Origin: Bacteroidota bacterium
Lineage (GTDB): Bacteria; Bacteroidota; Bacteroidia; 2-12-FULL-35-15
Length of the DNA: 64,000 bases
Reading direction: 5' to 3'
Assembly (NCBI GenBank): GCA_003151815.1
Contig: PLYN01000024.1
Location: forward strand, 19,917-83,916
Under the pieces are notes generated by a model, which saw nothing but the letters and a program-made list of their open reading frames with translations, ran no database searches and had not been told where the DNA came from. A program made the position numbers and the translations under genes. Shown here in pieces: positions 11,844-23,359 of the stretch. The first letter of the stretch is position 1. The number at the start of each line of letters is the position of its first letter.

Positions 11844-11907
11844 AGATTTGAAAATTAATCACGACCTAATTTTCAAATTAGTACATTTTCAAATTTTCAA
11901 ATTGAAA

Positions 11908-13131
11908 TTAATGTATCCTGATACTAAACAAAGCAATATCGTCGATATAAGGTTTACTTTGTTTGTAGGAAATAACAGATTCCATGATTAATTTATTGAG
12001 GTTACTCATATCCTTTTCAGGATTATTTTGGATAATTTCTTTCAGGCGATCAATTCCAAAATCTTCTTCATTTTCATTTTCTAATTCTACCAGGCCGTCT
12101 GTATAACATACAATGGATGTACCTGCTTCAATTTTGATAACGCCTTCTTCAATGGTTTCAATTTTGTTAAACATTCCTAAACCGGTACAGCCTTTGGTTA
12201 AAAGTGAAACAGATCTGTTCGAGGACAATATTGGTGGATTATGGGCTGCATTTATATACGTGAGTGTACTGGTTAAGAAATTATATTTAGCAATGAAAAA
12301 GGTAATAAATTTTTCTCCCTTAGCGGTGGCCATCACAATGGTGTTTAAAACACGAACGAGTTTTGTAAGTGAGGTGGTGTGATTAAACAAAACACGCAAA
12401 TTGGCCTGAAAGTTAGACATTAACAGGGCCGCGGCAATTCCTTTTCCGGAAACATCAGCAACACAAAAGGCACATTCACTTTTATTCAGCCAACTAAAAT
12501 CATAATAATCACCGCCAACCTTCTGATGGGGTAAATAAAATGCCGCCGTATCTATTATGGAATTACTTGGTAAAGTAGCCGGAAATAGCATTGATTGCAT
12601 TTCTGAACCAAGTTCCAGCTCCTTTTTCATGGCTGCTTGTCGGATATTTTCTTTGGCAAGTTTTTTATTTTCAATGGCAACTACAATAATACTTGTAAGT
12701 GTCTGAACAAAATTTAAATGTTTGTAGGATGGACTTAACTCAACTTTGTGCTCTGAATCGCCAATTAATACATAAGCCAAAGGTTGTGATTTATGAAAAA
12801 CAGGAATGACAATGTCAAATAATTTATTCAAGGATGTTTCAGAAAAGTTGATAGGACCTATTTCCTTAATGGACAATAAATCTTGTTCTATATTTATGGA
12901 TTTGTATTCTTCTCCTACACCATATTTTAAGATACATTTCCAGCCATTATCATCATGACTGAATAAAATCAGTTTTACAATTTTTAATTTTGTTTCAAGT
13001 ACTTCTTTGAAAATTTCAAGTAATTGTTCGGTAGAAAAATTATTGTTAATGGCCTTGGTAATTTCCAGTAACGAATTAAGCTTAATATCTTTTATCCGTT
13101 TTTCTATATTTTTATTTACTTGGGAAGTCAT
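11908..13131 (-). CDS. PP2C/SpoIIE-family (RsbU-like) Ser/Thr phosphatase
   Basis: VGGDYYDF, ADVSGKGIAAALLM, YINAAHNPP, YTDGLVE, DDIA motifs. Confidence 0.9.
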   Translation of the reverse strand: MTSQVNKNIEKRIKDIKLNSLLEITKAINNNFSTEQLLEIFKEVLETKLKIVKLILFSHDDNGWKCILKYGVGEEYKSINIEQDLLSIKEIGPINFSETSLNKLFDIVIPVFHKSQPLAYVLIGDSEHKVELSPSYKHLNFVQTLTSIIVVAIENKKLAKENIRQAAMKKELELGSEMQSMLFPATLPSNSIIDTAAFYLPHQKVGGDYYDFSWLNKSECAFCVADVSGKGIAAALLMSNFQANLRVLFNHTTSLTKLVRVLNTIVMATAKGEKFITFFIAKYNFLTSTLTYINAAHNPPILSSNRSVSLLTKGCTGLGMFNKIETIEEGVIKIEAGTSIVCYTDGLVELENENEEDFGIDRLKEIIQNNPEKDMSNLNKLIMESVISYKQSKPYIDDIALFSIRIH

Positions 13132-13200
13132 TTATTAATTTGTTAATTTGAAAATATGCCAATTTGCGGTATGTTTAAAACATGCTTTTAAATTAGAACA

Positions 13201-14151
13201 TCAGCTCATTTTTTTTATTAAATCAGGCAACATTTTCAGAGCAGCCACTTCTTTCATCTTAATTCTGGCTTCGCCTGCAGGCGAACCAAAATAAGTTTTG
13301 CCTTCAGGCACATTTTCAACTAAACCGGATTGAGCTAAAAGTGAAGCTCCCTTCCCAATAGTTATGGCACTTTTAACGCCGCATTGTCCCCAAATTGTAA
13401 CACCGTCTTCTATGATAACTGTCCCGGCAATAGCAACATGTGCTGCCATTAAGCACATTTTTCCAACTACTGTATCGTGACCGATTTGTACATGGTTATC
13501 AATTTTTGTTCCTGCACCAATTACCGTATCTCCCGAAACACCTTTGTCAATACTGGATAATGCACCAATTTCAACATCATCTTCAATTATCACTCGTCCA
13601 CAGGAAATCATTTTATCGTGCTTGTCGCTGCGCTTTTTATAATAAAATGCATCAGCACCAATCACTGCGTTAGCATGTATAATTACATTATTTTTTAAAT
13701 GGCAATTGTTATAAATAACAACGTTAGGATGTATCACACAATTATCACCGATAGTAACATTGGCACCCAAATATACGCCTGGCATTATTATAGTGTTGAC
13801 ACCTATTTTTGCGGTTTCACTAATTTGTTTTTGAGAATAATTTATTGGATGAAAATGTCGCACCAGTCGATTATAATCTCTGAAAGGGTCATCAGAAATC
13901 AATAATGCCTTGCCTTCTGGGCATTTTATTTTTTTATTTTCATTACCTTGACTGAGGTTGATAAGAATGGTGGTGGCTTTCGAGTTGAGCGCTTTATCGT
14001 AATATTTGGGATGATCTACAAAAACGAGATCACCTTCTTCAACCATATGGATTTCATTTAATCCACTAACGACATGGTTGGGCTCACCTTCAAATTCACA
14101 ATTTATGATAGCAGCAATATCTTTTAATTTATAAAGGTAAGGTAATTTCAT
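13201..14151 (-). CDS. lpxD: UDP-3-O-acylglucosamine N-acyltransferase
   Basis: N-terminal LpxD domain, hexapeptide repeats, [24 protein letters not shown]. Confidence 0.85.
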   Translation of the reverse strand: MKLPYLYKLKDIAAIINCEFEGEPNHVVSGLNEIHMVEEGDLVFVDHPKYYDKALNSKATTILINLSQGNENKKIKCPEGKALLISDDPFRDYNRLVRHFHPINYSQKQISETAKIGVNTIIMPGVYLGANVTIGDNCVIHPNVVIYNNCHLKNNVIIHANAVIGADAFYYKKRSDKHDKMISCGRVIIEDDVEIGALSSIDKGVSGDTVIGAGTKIDNHVQIGHDTVVGKMCLMAAHVAIAGTVIIEDGVTIWGQCGVKSAITIGKGASLLAQSGLVENVPEGKTYFGSPAGEARIKMKEVAALKMLPDLIKKMS

Positions 14152-14250
14152 GCTGTGGAATTAGTGTTTCTAGGTTGCAAATATAGGAAATTTTGCAATA
14201 CTTTGATAGATGGGCGTGTTTGATATTCGTTAATCATCAATCGTAACCTG

Positions 14251-15315
14251 TTAATCCAGGGCATATCGGGGTAAAGGAGTTGTTGACTGAGTAGTAAAAT
14301 CATGGTTTAAATATTTATAATAACCCGTTATCGCAATCATTGCAGCGTTATCAGTACAGTATTCAAATTTTGGGATAAATACCTGCCATCCTAATTGTTG
14401 AGCCAATTGGTTCAAGGTACTTCTTAATAAAGAGTTTGCAGATACTCCTCCGGAAATCGCTATTTGTGAAATGGCAGTTTGTGTTGCTGCCAACTTTAAT
14501 TTATCCATCAACATTTCAATAATAGTTTGCTGAATTGATGCGCAGATATCCGCTTTGTTTTCTTCTATAAAGTTTGGGTTTTTAGCAGTTTCATTATTTA
14601 TAAAATTCATGAATCCAGTTTTTAATCCACTGAAACTGAAGTTAAGTCCGGGTACTTTTGGCTTCGTAAAAGAAAATGCTTTTGAGTTTCCTTCTTTTGC
14701 ATATTGATCAATGAGAGGTCCACCGGGGTATTGGATCCCCATAATTTTTGCAGCTTTATCAAATGCTTCTCCGGCAGCATCGTCAATAGTCTCACCGATT
14801 ATCTGCATATCAAAAAAGTTTTTCACCAACACAATTTGGGTATGTCCACCTGAAACCGTTAAACACAAAAATGGAAAAGATGGAGTTTTATTTTTAGAAT
14901 TTTCATTGTCTTTGATGATTTGCGCTTCGTCACTTTCACAAATAAAATGAGCCAGAATATGACCTTGCATGTGATTTACTTCAATAAGAGGAATATCCAA
15001 TCCTAATGCAAAAGCTTTTGCAAATGAAGTTCCGACTAACAATGATCCCATTAATCCGGGTCCACGCGTAAAGGCTATAGCATTTAACTCACACATGTTA
15101 ACTCCGGCTTGTTTTAAAGCCTGATCAACCACAGGAATAATATTTTGTTGATGTGCCCTCGATGCTAATTCAGGAACCACTCCGCCAAACGCTTTATGCA
15201 CATTTTGGGTAGCAATGATATTGGCAAGCAATTTGCCATCTTTGATAACAGCAGCTGCCGTATCATCGCATGATGATTCAATACCTAAAATGATGATTGG
15301 TTTGCTCATATTCAT
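14251..15315 (-). CDS. tsaD: tRNA N6-adenosine threonylcarbamoyltransferase
   Basis: LGIESSCDDT, GGVVPELASRAH, HMQGH, VSGGHT, DDAAGEAFDK, TDNAAMI. Confidence 0.97.
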   Translation of the reverse strand: MNMSKPIIILGIESSCDDTAAAVIKDGKLLANIIATQNVHKAFGGVVPELASRAHQQNIIPVVDQALKQAGVNMCELNAIAFTRGPGLMGSLLVGTSFAKAFALGLDIPLIEVNHMQGHILAHFICESDEAQIIKDNENSKNKTPSFPFLCLTVSGGHTQIVLVKNFFDMQIIGETIDDAAGEAFDKAAKIMGIQYPGGPLIDQYAKEGNSKAFSFTKPKVPGLNFSFSGLKTGFMNFINNETAKNPNFIEENKADICASIQQTIIEMLMDKLKLAATQTAISQIAISGGVSANSLLRSTLNQLAQQLGWQVFIPKFEYCTDNAAMIAITGYYKYLNHDFTTQSTTPLPRYALD

Positions 15316-15434
15316 TAACTTCGCGCTTGCATCAGTATTCGTAATTCTTTTTTTTATTCGTAATTCATTGTAAACATTACAAAGGTATTAAAAAACTATC
15401 TCATATATTATTAAGGTTCATTTCAACCATCCTT

Positions 15435-18400
15435 TTGGTGTTGCTTGTTTTGTTTTTGCTTATTCAAATTCGGAATGTGCAAACATACGTCGCGCATAAG
15501 GCAGCCAACTATTTATCGGAAAAACTGCATACACGTGTTCAAATTGGAAGTGTTGATATTCAGTTTTTTAAAAAATTGGTTTTGGAAGATGTATATATTG
15601 AGGACCTGCATCACGATACACTACTTTATTCAAAAAAATTAAAATTGAATATCAAGACTATCGATTTGGAAAAGCATAAAATAGACATTGGTGAAATAGA
15701 ATTGCTGAATACCAAAAGCAAGTTGATTCAATACATTACCGATGATAATTTTAATTTTCAGTTTATCATTGATTCTTTTATATCTGATACATCAAAAAAA
15801 GCTTCTAAAACTCCATGGGACATTAAATTTGACGAAGTAATATTAATCAACACCGATTTTACATATCGCAATGAACACGATACTTTATTAACTACCGGTG
15901 TAAATTACTTTGATTTGAGAACTACCTCTGTTAATGCTAAGTTTAAAGATATCACAATTGATCGCGATACGATATTTGCAAAAATTGAATATTTGTCCGC
16001 TCTTGAAAAAAGCGGTTTCATCCTTGATGACTTCAGTGGTGTGGCAAAAGTTAGTCCTGTGGGAATTCAAGTTGATAAACTTAAAATTAAAACTCCTCAT
16101 AGCTTAATATCAACTGATTTAACCTTTACTTATAAGCAGTTTAAGGATTTTAAAGATTTCAATAATCAGGTTTCAATGAAAGCTGAATTCAATCATTCCC
16201 AAATTGAAATGAATGACATATCTTATTTTGCACCTGCGTTAAATGGCTTATATAAAAAATTGATTTTTAGTGGTAAAATAAGTGGAAAGGTAAATGATCT
16301 GAAAGGAAAAAAAATGAATATTTTGGTAGGTGGAACTACAACTCAATTCATTGGTGATATTAAATTAACCGGATTACCCAATATAGAAGAAACAGCTATT
16401 TATCTTAATGTTGAGTCTTTAAAAACCAATTATAAAGATCTAATACAAATACCCATTCCACCTTTTTCAACGCAGCAGACTTTGGATATACCAGTTAGTA
16501 TTGCCAAACTGGGCAACATGAGATTTAAAGGTACTTTCGCCGGTTTATATAACGATTTTTATACCTACGGAAATTTTTCATCAGCGCTTGGTAATCTTTC
16601 ATCCGATCTTTCAATGAGAAATGACGAACTAAAGGATAAAGAGTTTTATAAAGGGATATTAAAATCTACATCTTTTGATTTCGGAAAATTTTTTGGTACA
16701 CCAATTTTGGGTAAAGTTACTGCTGATGTTGCCATTGATGGCTCGGGGTTTACAGTGGAAAAAGTATCTGCTAACTTAAAAGGAACTATTACCAGTTTGG
16801 ATTTCAAAAATTACACCTATAAAAATATACTCGTTGAAGGTGATGTTGCCAAGCAAATTTTTAAAGGTAAATTAAACGTAAAAGACGACAATATCGATTT
16901 TGATTTTAATGGTAAGGTTGATTTTACTCAAAAACTACCCAAGCTTGATTTTATTACTACAATCAACAAGGCAGATTTGGGTGCTCTGCATTTCGTAAAT
17001 TCAACTAAAAAAACAAATTTTTCTACGCAACTTATTGTGAATGTTACTGGCAATAACATCGACAATTTAATTGGTCAGATTAATTTTGATAACACCATTT
17101 ATCAGCAAGACAATGAAATTTATAAATTAAGCGTTTTTGATCTTGATGCTGAACAAATAAATGGTTTAAAGTCAATTACATTGTCTTCCGATTTTATGGA
17201 TGCAAAAGTGAAGGGCACCTTCAAAATTCTTGAATTACCCTTAACCGTTGAAAAATTATTAAGTAACTATTTGCCTTCGTATTTTGGAATAAAATCATTT
17301 CCAAAAAATATTCAAGCCCAAAATTTCGAATACAGTTTTTTGTTCAAAAAAACAGATGCTGTTACTCGATTATTTGCACCAAGTGTTACCATTGCGCCGA
17401 AAACTATTATTGAAGGCAATTTCAATTCTGTTAATAATAAGATGTCATTAATAGGAAATTCATCGAAACTTACATTTGCCAATTTTGTCCTTAAGAACTG
17501 GAATATAAATGCCAGCTCAAATAATAAATTTCAATTTAGTACTGGTTGTGAAAGATTGTATATAACCGACAGTACCTGGTTAAATGGTTTTAGTTTAAAT
17601 AGTATTACAAACTCAGATAGTGTGAATTTAGCATTAGTTTGGGATAATAAAACCGCGAAACAATCAAAAGGTGATATAAAAGCCTTTTTGCATTTTAATC
17701 CCAACAGTATTATTAATTTTAAAATATTACCTTCTCAATTTAGTATTGCTGATTCCGTTTGGAATATTAATAAAGCGAATGAAGTGCTGATAGATACTAA
17801 CCGCATTACGGTGAGCCAAGTTATTCTTGAGCACGATAATCAATCTATTGGAGTAAATGGTATCATCTCTGAAAATAAAGAAGATCAGATAAAACTCACA
17901 CTCAATAATTTTAATTTAGCCAATCTAAATATATATGTTAAAGTTTTAGGTTTAAATTTTAAAGGTACTGTAAACGGAGAGTCAACAATAACGGATATCT
18001 ATCATGAACCTTTGTTTTTGAGTAATAACAATTTCAGTTCACTCTTTATAAACGATAATAAAATAGGAGATGGATCGATAGAAAGTATCTGGAATAGCAC
18101 AAAAGAAGCACTCTACTTACACGGTTCCTTTACCTTAGGGATCGTCCCAAATATTTTATTTTCAGGTTATTATTATCCTAAAAAGAAAATAGATAATATT
18201 GATATGGAACTAAATCTTCAAGCCATACAAATGCAGATATTTGAGCCATTTGTGAAAGATTATTGTTCTGATTTTTCAGGATTTATTGCAGGAAATATTG
18301 CTGTTCGGGGTTCAATAAAAGAGCCCAAACTATCAGGTGTTCTGGATGTGAATGCAAAAAAAATTAAGGTAAATTATTTGAATACAGTATATAATTTTTC

Positions 18401-19883
18401 ACAAGAAATAATTATTAAAAATAATTCATTTGATTTTGATAATATAATTGTTTATGATATTAACCACAATAAAGCGGTGGTTAATGGAAAGGTTTATCAT
18501 GACAATTTTAAAAATTTTCAACTTGATTTTGATATTCATACTAAAAAATTCATGTGTTTAAATACCACAGAAATAAATAACAATTTATATTATGGAAAAG
18601 CATTTGTTTCCGGTATTATTAATATTTCAGGGTATACCGATAATATTTTAATTGAGGCTAAGGTAAAAACAGAGAGTGCAACCTCTAATGATAAATCAGA
18701 TAAAATAAATGTACTTGCAAAAACGGAGATGACAAAATTTTATATTCCACTTACCAGTTCGGGTGAGTTGAGTGAAAATGGCTTTATTACATTTGTTAAG
18801 AAGGATAGCAGTTTTCGCGTTAAAAATGATTACAAAGTTACATTAGGTGGTTTAACACTTAACTTTGATTTAGATGTTACATCTGATGCTGAAGTTCAAT
18901 TAATATTTGATCAAAGTGTAGGCGATATAATTAAAACGAGAGGTAATGGTAATATTAAACTGAATATTGATACTAAAGGAGAATTTAAAATGTATGGTGA
19001 TTATGTGATTACAACCGGTGATTATTTGTTTACGCTTAAAAATATTATTAACAAAAAATTTGAAATTGAAAATGGAAGCACTATTAAATGGACAGGTAGT
19101 CCTTATAAGGCTGATTTGAATTTGGATGCTATATATAAAGCACGAGCATTGCTTAGTCCCTTTTTCCCGGATCCTGTTATGAATACAAGTCAAATAAATT
19201 TAAAAAAACGATACCCTGTTGATTTGAAATTATTAATGACCGGAGGTTTAATGTCGCCGGATATTAATTTTAATATTGGAATTCCTACCGTGGATGTAAG
19301 TACACGCCAAAGAGTGTTGGGTTATATTGACAATGATGCCGAAGTAAATCGGCAGGTTTTTTCTCTTCTCATTTTGAACAGTTTTGTTACACCTTACCAA
19401 CTTAGCAATTCGGGTGGCGCAGCAACACCTACTGTTAGTTCTGCTGCAGGTTCTGCTGCAGGGGCAAATACCAGTGAGTTGTTATCCAATCAGCTTAGTA
19501 ATATGTTAAGCAATATAAGTAAGGATTTCGATGTTGGTGTGAATTATCGTAAAGGGGACGCAATAACTAAAGACGAAGCAGCATTGGCTTTATCAACCCA
19601 GTTATTTAATGATAAATTATCTATCGATGGTAACGTGGGTGTAAATAATAATAATCAAAGTACCAATAATATTGTGGGGGATGTAAATATAGATTATAAA
19701 TTAACAGATGATGGAAAGGTAAGAGTGAAGGCGTTTAATAAGACGAATGATATCGTCAATCAGGTAATTTCTACTGGGCCATACACACAGGGAATAGGCG
19801 CTTTTTATAGAGAAGAGTTTGATACGATTGGAGAATTGTACAGGCGGTATTTGGAGCGTTTAAAGAAAGGAAAAAAGAAATGA
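15435..19883 (+). CDS. tamB: Translocation and assembly module TamB (true start may be ATT at 15387)
   Basis: 1482 aa beta-taco-like sequence; C-terminal DUF490 motifs (GDYLFTL, QVFSLLILNSF, YTQGIG.FYREEF); divergent from tsaD. Confidence 0.85.
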   Translation: MVLLVLFLLIQIRNVQTYVAHKAANYLSEKLHTRVQIGSVDIQFFKKLVLEDVYIEDLHHDTLLYSKKLKLNIKTIDLEKHKIDIGEIELLNTKSKLIQYITDDNFNFQFIIDSFISDTSKKASKTPWDIKFDEVILINTDFTYRNEHDTLLTTGVNYFDLRTTSVNAKFKDITIDRDTIFAKIEYLSALEKSGFILDDFSGVAKVSPVGIQVDKLKIKTPHSLISTDLTFTYKQFKDFKDFNNQVSMKAEFNHSQIEMNDISYFAPALNGLYKKLIFSGKISGKVNDLKGKKMNILVGGTTTQFIGDIKLTGLPNIEETAIYLNVESLKTNYKDLIQIPIPPFSTQQTLDIPVSIAKLGNMRFKGTFAGLYNDFYTYGNFSSALGNLSSDLSMRNDELKDKEFYKGILKSTSFDFGKFFGTPILGKVTADVAIDGSGFTVEKVSANLKGTITSLDFKNYTYKNILVEGDVAKQIFKGKLNVKDDNIDFDFNGKVDFTQKLPKLDFITTINKADLGALHFVNSTKKTNFSTQLIVNVTGNNIDNLIGQINFDNTIYQQDNEIYKLSVFDLDAEQINGLKSITLSSDFMDAKVKGTFKILELPLTVEKLLSNYLPSYFGIKSFPKNIQAQNFEYSFLFKKTDAVTRLFAPSVTIAPKTIIEGNFNSVNNKMSLIGNSSKLTFANFVLKNWNINASSNNKFQFSTGCERLYITDSTWLNGFSLNSITNSDSVNLALVWDNKTAKQSKGDIKAFLHFNPNSIINFKILPSQFSIADSVWNINKANEVLIDTNRITVSQVILEHDNQSIGVNGIISENKEDQIKLTLNNFNLANLNIYVKVLGLNFKGTVNGESTITDIYHEPLFLSNNNFSSLFINDNKIGDGSIESIWNSTKEALYLHGSFTLGIVPNILFSGYYYPKKKIDNIDMELNLQAIQMQIFEPFVKDYCSDFSGFIAGNIAVRGSIKEPKLSGVLDVNAKKIKVNYLNTVYNFSQEIIIKNNSFDFDNIIVYDINHNKAVVNGKVYHDNFKNFQLDFDIHTKKFMCLNTTEINNNLYYGKAFVSGIINISGYTDNILIEAKVKTESATSNDKSDKINVLAKTEMTKFYIPLTSSGELSENGFITFVKKDSSFRVKNDYKVTLGGLTLNFDLDVTSDAEVQLIFDQSVGDIIKTRGNGNIKLNIDTKGEFKMYGDYVITTGDYLFTLKNIINKKFEIENGSTIKWTGSPYKADLNLDAIYKARALLSPFFPDPVMNTSQINLKKRYPVDLKLLMTGGLMSPDINFNIGIPTVDVSTRQRVLGYIDNDAEVNRQVFSLLILNSFVTPYQLSNSGGAATPTVSSAAGSAAGANTSELLSNQLSNMLSNISKDFDVGVNYRKGDAITKDEAALALSTQLFNDKLSIDGNVGVNNNNQSTNNIVGDVNIDYKLTDDGKVRVKAFNKTNDIVNQVISTGPYTQGIGAFYREEFDTIGELYRRYLERLKKGKKK

Positions 19884-19972
19884 TGTGCTGATGTGTTGAT
19901 TAGTTGATGTGCTGATTCGTATTACCAAATTAACACATCTGAAAATTGTTCAATCAGCACATTAGCACATCG

Positions 19973-21187
19973 TTATTTATCTACCTTTAAAGTATGCCCC
20001 ATTTTATCGCGTTTGGTTTGCAGATAAAATTTGTTATACTCATTCGATTCAATTTCAATAGCAATGTTTTCAACAATTTCGAGCCCATAGCCAATAAGTC
20101 CGGCACGTTTTTTAGGATTGTTACTCATTAAACGAATTTTAGAAACTCCCAGGTCACGTAAAATTTGCGCTCCAACTCCATAATCGCGTTCATCCATTTC
20201 GAATCCTAATTCCAAATTCGCTTCAACGGTATCGCGTCCTTCTTCCTGCAACTTGTATGCTTTAAGTTTGTTTAACAGTCCGATGCCTCGCCCTTCCTGA
20301 TTCATATAAACGATCACACCTTTACCTTCTTTTTCAATCATTTCCATTGATTTATGAAGTTGTGGTCCGCAATCGCAACGGCATGAACCAAAAATATCAC
20401 CTGTTAAACAAGAGGAGTGAACACGAACCAGAACAGGTTCATCAATTTCCCATTTTCCTTTTATCAATGCCAGATGTTCTTGTTCGTTAGTAGTTTGTTT
20501 GTAGGCTACCAGTTCAAAATTGCCCCATTTTGTTGGCATTTTTACCTGAACATTTTTAGTAATAATGCTTTCGTTCTTTATGCGGTATGCTATCAGATCT
20601 TCAATGGAAATTATTTTCAGGTTGAATTTTTTAGCTATTTCAAGCAATTGAGGCAGGCGGGCCATTGTTCCATCTTCATTCATGATCTCAACCAGTGCAC
20701 CTACCGGGTCGAAACCTGCCAATCGTGCAAGGTCAATGGTAGCTTCTGTATGCCCGGCTCTGCGCAGAACTCCTCCGTTTTTTGCTTTTAATGGAAAAAT
20801 ATGTCCGGGTTTACCGAATTCTTCAGGTTGAATGTCCGGATTGATCAATGCAAGAATTGTTTTTGAACGGTCGCTGGCAGAGATCCCTGTAGTACAACCA
20901 TAACCTAACAGATCGATAGAAACTGTAAAAGCGGTAGTGTTTTGTGAAGTGTTATTACTAACCATCATTTCCAAACCCAATTGTTCACAACGCTTTTCCG
21001 TGATCGCTGCACATATAAGTCCGCGTCCGTGAGTAGCCATAAAATTGATAACTTCAGGGGTAACGTTGGCCGCGGCAGCAATAAAATCACCTTCATTTTC
21101 GCGATCTTCATCATCAACCACAATAATTACCTTCCCGGCTTTAAGATCGGCAATCGCCTCTTCAATAGTGTTTAAAACAGAATCCAT
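19973..21187 (-). CDS. ribBA: Bifunctional DHBP synthase / GTP cyclohydrolase II
   Basis: [44 protein letters not shown]. Start placed at MDSVLN (21187), just downstream of a TATCTTTG -7 box at 21204-21211. Confidence 0.95.
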   Translation of the reverse strand: MDSVLNTIEEAIADLKAGKVIIVVDDEDRENEGDFIAAAANVTPEVINFMATHGRGLICAAITEKRCEQLGLEMMVSNNTSQNTTAFTVSIDLLGYGCTTGISASDRSKTILALINPDIQPEEFGKPGHIFPLKAKNGGVLRRAGHTEATIDLARLAGFDPVGALVEIMNEDGTMARLPQLLEIAKKFNLKIISIEDLIAYRIKNESIITKNVQVKMPTKWGNFELVAYKQTTNEQEHLALIKGKWEIDEPVLVRVHSSCLTGDIFGSCRCDCGPQLHKSMEMIEKEGKGVIVYMNQEGRGIGLLNKLKAYKLQEEGRDTVEANLELGFEMDERDYGVGAQILRDLGVSKIRLMSNNPKKRAGLIGYGLEIVENIAIEIESNEYNKFYLQTKRDKMGHTLKVDK

Positions 21188-21287
21188 TCTTTTAAGATTT
21201 GTACAAAGATAAGAAAAATAGGCTGTGGACATTTTTATCGAAACAATTTCAATAAAGTTATGGGGAAGAGTCTTTTCAATAAAATAA

Positions 21288-23351
21288 TTATTGAACAATA
21301 ATTTTACCTGTTTTAGTGGTATTATTTATTATCAATTGATAAAAATAAATTCCTGCCGCTCTTTCTTTTCTTTCAAAAACTATCTTCAATTCTCCTGAAG
21401 GTTGATTTTCATTTAAAAGCAGAGCAATCTCTTTACCTATTACATCAAATATTTTTAGCGATACATTCGCCTCTTCAGTTATATGAATTGCAAATGTAGT
21501 GATAGATTCAAAAGGGTTTGGGTAAACAACTATATTATTATCAAAACTATTTTCTTTTATCCCAACTACAACTTTTGGACAATAGCCGGAGCCTGTTATA
21601 GCCCAATCCATCCATCCCGCGCGATTAGCAATCCAGGTTTTTAAATCATTCACTTCTCCTTGATAATTTGCATTGGTTTGATTTTGTGGATTGGGATAAA
21701 TATAGGTTCCTAAAATTGGCCATTGAGTAAAATTGCGCTGTTGTGATTCGTTGAGTGCAGTAGCAGATGAATCTATATATGCATTCATATGGCTGTTGCT
21801 TAATACGCCCTGACGTAAATCATTCCACCTGCAATAAAGTTTATTGACAAAAGTACTATCTTGAAAAAAACGACCCCACCAACTTGGGGTTGGATGCACT
21901 GTATCTGTTTGTTGATATTGCCATAAAGTAGGATCGAATGAGTTACCGTAATTGCAATTATGCCAGGCAATGTCATAATCCCAAACCGGTCCGATGTGCA
22001 GTTTTCCGCCTTTTGTAATATTATCTTTATACAAATAAGTACTCAATCTGTACGCATCTACGTTTTTACTCAACTCATTGATAATAAAAAAATCAATGAA
22101 TGATTCTACATCAATATATTTCTGATACCCATCAGTTGGACTATTAAAAGAAGAAGAATTCATCGCTGTTTCAAAATCATCCATGTATCCTTTAATATAA
22201 GCTTGTTGCTGAGGAGTAATAGCCGTTGTTGGATAAATGTATTGATAATAAAAATGTGCATTGCCCGATGGATCTCCTGGAAACTTGGAGGACCAACCGG
22301 CTGCATCAGATCTGTCAATTTTTAAAATATACCCTCCTGTAATTGCCGGTGATGCATTATCAACAGATGTTAATTTAGCAACATTAACCCTATATTTACC
22401 CTGCTTTATTTTTTCCATCAGAGAATATACACCACGATATTCACCATTTATCACTACTTCCACAGTTTTGCAGCGGGGAGCATAATCTCCCATTTGTTGT
22501 GCAAGATCATTGGTAATCGAACCTCTGATAAGACTTTTATCCTGATATATCGCTATTAGATCCCAATCACTTTCATTGGGCATTCCAAGTAAGGAAACTT
22601 TGAGTGTGTTGCCCGTTCCATCAGTGGTTGTGAGGCTGAAGGATTTCTTTTCGAAATTTGCACTGGAGTTTCCCCTAATATGAATATCGGTTTTATCATT
22701 AAAATTATTCATAGGATCTGTCAAATTATTTCTTTGATTTACACCATTGTAAATTATTCCCATATTAACTGAAGCCTTTACATCAGTTATCTGTTGACCG
22801 TTTGTATTGATAACAACGATCGGAAGATTAGAAGAAGTAAATACCACCGGCTGAGGAGGATTAGTCCCAAAGTTAAGGCTCCAACTTATAACACTGCCAG
22901 AGTCAACAAATGCGAGATAATCATGAACGATAAGTTGCCATACACCGTTTCCGGCTTGTCCATTATTAAATCGTCCCAAATATCCCACAGGTTTAAAACT
23001 CCCGGTATAAGGTGCTTGAGATTGAGTAATTGACGTAACGGCACTATTATTAAAGCAAGTGTTTGTATAATTACTGTCTTTACAACTGGTACCTTCTGTA
23101 AGCTCAACCACTATACCACTGGGTGATTGAAGATAAATATATAATTCTTCAACTTTAGGATGTATGATATTGATACATACTTCTTCAACACCAAAAGTAT
23201 TTGTCATTTGTGCCGGACTTAAACCGGAAACTGAAATATCAAAATAAGTATCCACACCATTATTTTGAATATTTCCTCCTGTTCCTGTATATACTTGAGC
23301 TTTGATATAAAAAGAAAGCGACAAGAAAATAATAGTAAATATTTTTCTCAT
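21288..23351 (-). CDS. CotH-family kinase with N-terminal proprotein-convertase P-like domain and T9SS CTD
   Basis: Signal peptide; 'GVWQLIVHD...DSG.VISWSL' P-domain; [27 protein letters not shown] (CotH); YPNP...GIYFY..KIIVQ CTD. Confidence 0.85.
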   Translation of the reverse strand: MRKIFTIIFLSLSFYIKAQVYTGTGGNIQNNGVDTYFDISVSGLSPAQMTNTFGVEEVCINIIHPKVEELYIYLQSPSGIVVELTEGTSCKDSNYTNTCFNNSAVTSITQSQAPYTGSFKPVGYLGRFNNGQAGNGVWQLIVHDYLAFVDSGSVISWSLNFGTNPPQPVVFTSSNLPIVVINTNGQQITDVKASVNMGIIYNGVNQRNNLTDPMNNFNDKTDIHIRGNSSANFEKKSFSLTTTDGTGNTLKVSLLGMPNESDWDLIAIYQDKSLIRGSITNDLAQQMGDYAPRCKTVEVVINGEYRGVYSLMEKIKQGKYRVNVAKLTSVDNASPAITGGYILKIDRSDAAGWSSKFPGDPSGNAHFYYQYIYPTTAITPQQQAYIKGYMDDFETAMNSSSFNSPTDGYQKYIDVESFIDFFIINELSKNVDAYRLSTYLYKDNITKGGKLHIGPVWDYDIAWHNCNYGNSFDPTLWQYQQTDTVHPTPSWWGRFFQDSTFVNKLYCRWNDLRQGVLSNSHMNAYIDSSATALNESQQRNFTQWPILGTYIYPNPQNQTNANYQGEVNDLKTWIANRAGWMDWAITGSGYCPKVVVGIKENSFDNNIVVYPNPFESITTFAIHITEEANVSLKIFDVIGKEIALLLNENQPSGELKIVFERKERAAGIYFYQLIINNTTKTGKIIVQ

Positions 23352-23359
23352 GTGTTTTT

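Noticed and set aside
21188-21298. N-terminal extension of ribBA in the ORF track; similarly rnhB 5682-5723 and receiver 28375-28434
   Set aside because: The extensions overlap neighbouring genes or their own -7 promoter boxes; the downstream ATGs give family-typical N-termini.
21200-21300. Mobile-element boundary at the island's left edge
   Set aside because: No integrase, transposase, tRNA or direct repeat is visible, so 'island' refers to gene content and regulation only, not demonstrated mobility.
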